DNA of 64,000 nucleotides from an uncultured Actinomycetes bacterium (lineage in GTDB: Bacteria > Actinomycetota > UBA4738 > HRBIN12). Location of the stretch: positions 192,001-256,000 of the forward strand of contig CAVPIB010000007.1 in the NCBI GenBank assembly GCA_963704885.1, written 5' to 3'. A model generated the notes under the pieces. The model saw only the letters and a program-made list of their open reading frames with translations. It had not been told where the DNA came from and made no database searches. Below are positions 58,238 to 64,000 of this stretch, piece by piece. The position numbers were made by a program, and so were the translations under genes. Numbering within the stretch: the first letter of the stretch is position 1; each line of letters begins with the position of its first letter.

Positions 58238-59380
58238 ATGTCGACGTCCGTGCTCGTCCTCGGTGCCGGTTTCGGCGGACTCGAGCTGTCCACCCGGCTC
58301 TCGGAAGGGCTCGGCGACGAGGTCGAGATCACGTTGATCGATCGTGCGGACGCGTTCGTGTTCGGCTTCTCGAAGTTGGACCTGATGTTCGGCCGACGGA
58401 TGCCAGAAGCCGTCCGCCTGAGCTACAGCGACATCACGACGCCCCAGGTCAGGTTCCGACAGGAGACCATCAGCTCGATCGACGCCGATGCACGGCGCGT
58501 GGTGACAGATCTCGACACCTACGAGGCCGACATCCTGGTGGTGGCTCTCGGCGCCGACTACGACCTCGCGGCCACGCCCGGGCTGGCAGAGGCAGGCAAC
58601 GAGTTCTACTCGGTACCTGGCGCCGAGATCCTGCGCGGTGTGCTCCCGTCGTTCCGTGAGGGCACGGCGATCGTGGGCGTGTGCGGAGCCCCGTTCAAAT
58701 GCCCCCCGGCGCCCAGCGAGGCGGCGCTCCTCCTGGACGAGTTCCTGCGGGAGCGCGGCATCCGCGACGCTGTCCGGATCCAGGTCGTGATCCCTTTCGG
58801 CTCGCCGATCCCGCCGTCGCGCGCCACCTCGGAGGCGATCGTGGCTGTGTTCGCAGAACGAGATATCGAGTTCGTGCCCGATCGTCTGGTCGTTGCGCTC
58901 GACCCGAACACGAAGGAAGCCGTGCTGGACGACGGCAGACGCCTGCCTTACGACCTGTTCCTCGGCATCCCGGTGCACCGAGCGCCGGGGGTGGTCGTGG
59001 ACTCGGGTCTCACGGAGAACGGCTGGATCCCCGTGGACCCGTCCACGCTCGCCACACGGTTCCCGGACGTCTACGCCGTGGGTGACGTCACCAGCGTCGG
59101 CACCCCCAAGGCCGGGGTGTTCGCCGAAGGCGCGGCGCGAGTCGTGGCCGACCGACTGATCGCTCGGATCCGCGGGGCCGGCGAGGCTCCCGGCTACGAC
59201 GGCACGGGCTCCTGCTATGTCGAGTTCGGAGGCAAAGAGGTCGCGCGCGTCGACGTCGACTTCTTCTCCACGCCGGGACACCCGACCGGAACGTTCGTGG
59301 CGCCGTCTGCGGAGATGACCGCCGAGAAGGCCGAGTTCGGATCCAGCCGGCTCGCTCGCTGGTTCGGCGGCCGGCGCTGA
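58238..59380 (+). CDS. FAD-dependent oxidoreductase, sulfide:quinone oxidoreductase-like
   Basis: GAGFGG, KCPPAP.E, VYAVGD, PKAGVFA, CYVEFG. Confidence 0.85.
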   Translation: MSTSVLVLGAGFGGLELSTRLSEGLGDEVEITLIDRADAFVFGFSKLDLMFGRRMPEAVRLSYSDITTPQVRFRQETISSIDADARRVVTDLDTYEADILVVALGADYDLAATPGLAEAGNEFYSVPGAEILRGVLPSFREGTAIVGVCGAPFKCPPAPSEAALLLDEFLRERGIRDAVRIQVVIPFGSPIPPSRATSEAIVAVFAERDIEFVPDRLVVALDPNTKEAVLDDGRRLPYDLFLGIPVHRAPGVVVDSGLTENGWIPVDPSTLATRFPDVYAVGDVTSVGTPKAGVFAEGAARVVADRLIARIRGAGEAPGYDGTGSCYVEFGGKEVARVDVDFFSTPGHPTGTFVAPSAEMTAEKAEFGSSRLARWFGGRR

Positions 59381-59856
59381 TCACCTCTTGCGGTGGGCTC
59401 CGTTCGATGCGAACGCGAAGCCCGCTGGCGAATCGTAGGCGCCGACGAGCTGGGGGAGCTCCACGCGGATCGATCGTGTGTCCGGTCGCGAAGGCGGGGC
59501 GACATCACCGCCGGTCGAACGACCCAGCCGCTCGAGAGCTAAGCGCCGAAGCTCGGACTCGACGTCGGAGGCCGCCGGGACCACCGTCTCCGCGAGCCGG
59601 CGGCGGAGCCCATGGGTGAGGTCATCGAACGGGTTGCCTGCTGTCGATCGAGCCATGCGGTCCTCCTTGCCGTGGATCCCCCCGCTTGGCGACAACTCGT
59701 CCACGGTAGCGGGTCGGACTCCGTCGCCATAGAGGCTCTCGGTCATTCTTGGCTACGCCCAACGTCGCAGATCTTCTAGATCGAAAGCCTCAGCGGGACG
59801 CCCCTTCCACCGCGTAGCATCGACTCTCGTCGGACCGACCTGGGAGGGAGCTGAGG

Positions 59857-60546
59857 ATGGGTGAGGCGAGCCAGGCCGGCGACATGGGCGCTTCGGGCAT
59901 CGCGGTGCCCCGGGCGGAACCTCGCTGGCCCATGGCGGTCGCCGTGCTCGCCGCCATCCTGCTCCAGGTCGGCACCCCGCATCGGGGACGCGTTCAGGCT
60001 TGGTGGGTCTTCCCGTTGCTGGAGTTCGCGTTGCTGGTGGTCGTCGTCCTGCGCGATCCGGGCCGCATCGACCGGCGCAGCCGTGCGGCGCGGCGATCCA
60101 CGATCGTCCTGGTCACCGTGATGACCATCGGCACCATGGCGGGGGTCATCGTGCTGATCTACGACATCCTCGCGGGTATCAAGGGGATCAACGCTACGGA
60201 CCTGCTAGGCAGGGGCGCAGCGATCTGGTTCACGAACGTGATCGTCTTCAGCCTTTGGTACTGGGAGCTGGATCGAGGCGGACCCGCTGAGCGAGCAGCC
60301 GACTCGGGGAGGCCGCCGAGCTTCGCGTTCCCCGAGAACGCGATGCCCGAGTTCGCCGAGGAGGGTTGGCGCCCGAAGTACCCGGACTACCTGTACCTGG
60401 CATTCACCAACGCCACGGCGTTCAGTCCTACGGACACCCTTCCGGTGCGAACATGGGCGAAGATGACCATGCTCCTGCAATCCGTGGTTTCGCTGATCAC
60501 CGCGATCCTGGTGATCGCGAGGGCGATCAACGTCCTGCCGGGATAG
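59857..60546 (+). CDS. DUF1345-like membrane protein
   Basis: YWELDRGGP, DYLYLAFTNATAFSPTD. Confidence 0.82.
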   Translation: MGEASQAGDMGASGIAVPRAEPRWPMAVAVLAAILLQVGTPHRGRVQAWWVFPLLEFALLVVVVLRDPGRIDRRSRAARRSTIVLVTVMTIGTMAGVIVLIYDILAGIKGINATDLLGRGAAIWFTNVIVFSLWYWELDRGGPAERAADSGRPPSFAFPENAMPEFAEEGWRPKYPDYLYLAFTNATAFSPTDTLPVRTWAKMTMLLQSVVSLITAILVIARAINVLPG

Positions 60547-60549
60547 GAC

Positions 60550-61182
60550 ATGGCGGACGAGAAGCGACCGCGATGGGAAGCCCTCATCGAGATCGTTGAG
60601 GTGACCTTCCTCGCCATCGTGGCGATCGCGACCGCTTGGAGCGGCTATCAGGCGACGCAGTGGGGCGGCCTCCAGTCGGAGCGTTACGGGCAGGCGTCGA
60701 GCACCAGGTTCGCGGCGGATGCGCTCTCCACGCTCGGGGGCCAGGAGCTCGTGGCGGACTCCGCCGTGTTCACCGCGTGGCTCGAAGCTCATCAGAAGGG
60801 CGACGCGGCGCTCGAGGATCTGCTCGTCCGCCGCCTCAGCCCCGAGTTCGCCGAGGCGTTTCAGGAGTGGCTGAAGACGGATCCCTTCGAGGACCCGTCG
60901 GCGCCGCCGGGCCCCGGATACATGCCGGGGTTCACGACCAAGCATCTGGAGGAGGCCAAGGACCTGAACGATCAGGCGTCGGCGGCGTTCGCCGAGGGCA
61001 CCGAGGCTCGCGCCACGGCCAACAAGTACGTGCGCGACACGGTCCTGCTGGCTTCGGTCCTGTTCTGTGTGGCCATCGCGCAACGCTTCAAGATCCGTGG
61101 GGTGCGGATGGGGGCCAACGCCGTCGCGCTCACGCTGCTGATCTACACGCTGACGACGCTCGTCGTGCTTCCGCGGGCCTGA
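60550..61182 (+). CDS. Hypothetical membrane protein
   Basis: ATAWSGYQAT.W.G, C-terminal TM pair. Confidence 0.8.
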   Translation: MADEKRPRWEALIEIVEVTFLAIVAIATAWSGYQATQWGGLQSERYGQASSTRFAADALSTLGGQELVADSAVFTAWLEAHQKGDAALEDLLVRRLSPEFAEAFQEWLKTDPFEDPSAPPGPGYMPGFTTKHLEEAKDLNDQASAAFAEGTEARATANKYVRDTVLLASVLFCVAIAQRFKIRGVRMGANAVALTLLIYTLTTLVVLPRA

Positions 61183-61221
61183 GCGTCCGGGTCGACCGCC
61201 GGGTCCGGGGAAGGATCGCCT

Positions 61222-63423
61222 CTAGTCGAGCAGGGCGTCGAACGCCTTCTGAGTGTCGGTCAACCGTTCCGCCAGCGTCCCGGCGAGCCATCGGTGAAGC
61301 GCCGCTGCCAGCTCCGGCTCATCGGCCTCCAACCGCTCGATGGAGGCCCGGCTGAGCCTAAGGACCACGCTCGGCGTCTCGGCCACGACGTCGGCCGTGC
61401 GCGGAACACCCGTGTAGAGGGCGATCTCTCCGACCACCACCCCCGGTCGCACCGAGCGCAGGCGCATCCGCGTCCCCTCGGGCGTCACCATCTCGACGCT
61501 CAGGCGGCCCGACTCCAACACGAACACATCCTCGGGCGGCTCGTCTTGGCGTATCAGCACGGTCCCTTCCGCGAGCGACACGTGTTCGAGGTATGTCTCA
61601 AGACCCGCCGGCATGCCGGCGAGCGACTCGGTAGCGGCGACCCCCGCGAGCCGCTCGGCCTGGGCGTCTTGCAGCAGGACGTCCTCGCACCGCTGCAGGC
61701 CTCGATCCAGATCCGGCTCGAACCGCACGACCCCTTCAGAGGGGACCACGCCGCCGCGGGCCAGCTGCTCGCGCACGCGATCCGAGGCCCCCGCTAACAC
61801 CAGCTCGAACCCGCTCGCCTGGGCGAGGTGGGTCACCTTGACGAAGGACATCACCGCCGAGGCGTCCATGCCCGTCACCTGTCGCAGGTCCATCAGCAGG
61901 AACCGCGGCGCCGTCGTCTCCACCCGCTTGCGGATGCGTTCGAGCAGGCCGCTAGCCGAGCCGAAGAACACGAACCCGTGCACCCGCAGGATCTGAACCC
62001 GCTCGCCCATCTCGCGCAGGGATGCTCGCTCCGCGGGTGGACGGTCGACGTTGCTGCGGTAGGTGTCCCCGAACGCGACCTCGCGCACCAGTTCGATCCG
62101 ACCGTAGCTGACCGCGAACAAGACGACGGCCATCACCAGGCCGATCACCACGCCGGGCAGGAACCCCTTCGTGATGATGCCCGCGAGGATCACCAGGACG
62201 ACGGCGTACTCGACCTTCGGCAAGCTCCGCCGCTTGTCCCAGACCCACTCGACGATGAAGGCGAGGCCTAAGAACACCAGCACGCCGCCGACGATCATCC
62301 GCGGGATCAGCTCGATGACCGCCGCGCCGAACACGACGGCGGTGATCGGGACGAGCGAGGCGACGAGCCCGGCGGTCCGCGTGTTGACGCTCATGCGCTC
62401 CGCGAGCGCCGTCAGGCTGAGCGCGTGGTACCCGGGGATCCCACCGAGCGCCCCGGAGATGACGTTGAGGAAACCGGCGTCGCGGAGCTCCTGGTTCGTG
62501 TCTAGGTCCCGGTGAAGCACGATCTCGGTTCCGCTGATGTTGAACAAGATCGCGATGGACGGCGACGAGCACCGCGGCGCGATCTCCGTCCACTGTCCGA
62601 GCACCGCCGACCAATCGGCGCCCGTGATTGCGCGCAGGGTCCACGGTTGCCACAGCCGCACGGACTCGAACGGCCCGAGGAGCCATCTCCCCTCCTGCGC
62701 GGCGTCGATCGAGGAGCCGGTGACGAGCATGCCGATCACGAACAGGGCGAGCCCGATGCGCGAGCACGATCGGGATGACCAGAGGCTTCTTCACCAGCCG
62801 GACGGCGAGGAGCAAGATCACGCCGAACGCGAATGCTGGAAGCCAGTGCTTGAGCGTCTCCGAGTTGAGCATCAGTCCGACCGTGCGCAGGTGCACCTCC
62901 ACGCCCGAGGCGACATAGAGGCCGCCCTTCAAGAGCAGCCACCCGGTGCCGGCGAGGAAGCCGCCGACGACCGGGTACGGCACGAACCGGACCAGGTCGC
63001 CCAGCCGGAAGGTCCCGAGCGCCGAGAAGACGACACCGCAGAGGATCGTCACGACCAGGGTCGCGGCTATGACGGTGAGGAATACGTCGGGGGCTTCGTA
63101 GTTGCCCAGGGACCCTGCCGTGGCATCCCTCGCGATCGAAGCGGCCTTCGCCGCCGTGGTCGCTGCCACGACCGCGAGGACGGCCGCCGCCGCGTCCTGC
63201 ACGCTTCCCACCACCCCCGGCGACCCGCCCTCCAGGCCAAGATCCCCAGCGTCAGTGCGGCAGCCACGAGGTACAGGCCGATGCCATCGGCGAGGCGACC
63301 GACGAGGAGGCCGCCGAACACGAAGGCGGCGAACGCGATCGCGAGGACCGCCTCGACGACGCCGATGATCACGCCAGCGGCGAGCGAGGTGAGCATCCCC
63401 ACGGATCGTCGCTCCTCGGACAA
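61222..63423 (-). CDS. SulP-family anion transporter with STAS and cNMP-binding domains (frameshifted)
   Basis: RFVPYPVVGGFLAG, FVFFGSA, D...VTGMDASA, GVVVGE...PRTA; frame breaks near 63215, 62760 and 62570. Confidence 0.85.
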
Positions 63424-63442
63424 CGGCCTCCCCCTCGCAGTT

Positions 63443-64000
63443 CTAGTCGAAGAGGGCCACGACGGCCCTCTGAGTGTCGGTCAGCCGTTCCGCCAGCGTC
63501 CCGGCGAGCCATCGGTGAAGCGCCGCTGCCAGCTCCGGCTCTTCGGCCTCCATCCGCTCGATGGAGGCCCGGCTGAGCCTAAGGACCACGCTCGGCGTCT
63601 CGGCCACGACGTCGGCCGTGCGCGGGATACCCGTGTAGAGGGCGATCTCTCCGACCACCACGCCCGGGCGCACCGAGCGCAGGCGCATCGGCGTCCCCTC
63701 GGGCGTCACCATCTCGACGCTCAGCCGGCCCGACTCCAGCACGAACACGTCGTCGGGCGGCTCGTCCTGGCGGATCAGCACCGTGCCCTTCCGCCAGGGG
63801 CATGCGCTCGAGGTATGTCGAAAGACCCGGCGGCATGCCGGCGAGCGCCTCGCTCGACGCCGTCCTTTTCCCCGAGCCGCTCGGCCGGCGCCCTGGAGCA
63901 GAACGTCCTCGCACCGCTGCAGGCCTCGATCGAGATCCGGCTCGAACCGAGACGACCCCTTCAGAGGCCACCACGCCGCCGCGGGCCAGCTGCTCGCGCA
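63443..64000 (-). CDS. Second SulP-STAS-cNMP paralog, 3' end (partial, frameshifted)
   Basis: Closely similar to 61222-61770; runs off the window. Confidence 0.82.
   Translation of the reverse strand, partial: CASSWPAAAWWPLKGSSRFEPDLDRGLQRCEDVLLQGAGRAARGKGRRRARRSPACRRVFRHTSSACPWRKGTVLIRQDEPPDDVFVLESGRLSVEMVTPEGTPMRLRSVRPGVVVGEIALYTGIPRTADVVAETPSVVLRLSRASIERMEAEEPELAAALHRWLAGTLAERLTDTQRAVVALFD

Noticed and set aside
57872-59281. Long antisense or alternative-frame ORFs (also 280..1122, 18233..19996, 29384..30847)
   Set aside because: These are high-GC shadow ORFs overlapping well-supported genes and carry no recognisable motifs.
59381-59746. Possible 121-aa minus-strand protein
   Set aside because: No recognisable motif and only weak support, so it is left unannotated.
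1-64000. CRISPR arrays, tRNA/rRNA, IS elements, integrases
   Set aside because: None recognised by eye; a covariance-model search (including tRNA-Sec) was not possible.

Overview
High-GC bacterial DNA with actinobacterial gene content; this lineage call is inferred from gene families and promoter motifs. No rRNA, tRNA, CRISPR array or intact mobile element was recognised. From left to right the window holds: (1) a trehalose HAD/T6PP gene and a GH65 gene; (2) a thiol-redox cluster at ~2.8-12 kb (DsbB, three TlpA-like thioredoxins, CcdA, DUF3179, a redoxin-TrxB fusion, an ECF sigma with a zinc anti-sigma, a MerT-like protein); (3) TetR, MMPL and VIT1 genes; (4) a block of universal stress proteins, a Na/Ca antiporter and a P-type ATPase, followed by an uncharacterised membrane-protein trio behind DosR-like boxes; (5) DUF2330 and cupredoxin genes with a tandem duplication of promoter and signal peptide; (6) a polyamine-ABC/glutamylation and sugar-acid catabolic island whose right half is heavily frameshifted; (7) acyltransferase and ceramidase-like genes, a large adenylate cyclase-STAND-TPR-cNMP protein next to an HD hydrolase, an SQR-like enzyme and tandem SulP-STAS-cNMP genes. 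The top finding is a selenoprotein split by the ORF track: a lipoprotein thioredoxin with a W-U-T-T-C active site (in-frame TGA at 4431) followed by a SECIS-like hairpin. It sits in a candidate ECF regulon defined by repeated GGAAT-N17-(C/T)GT(C/T) promoter motifs.
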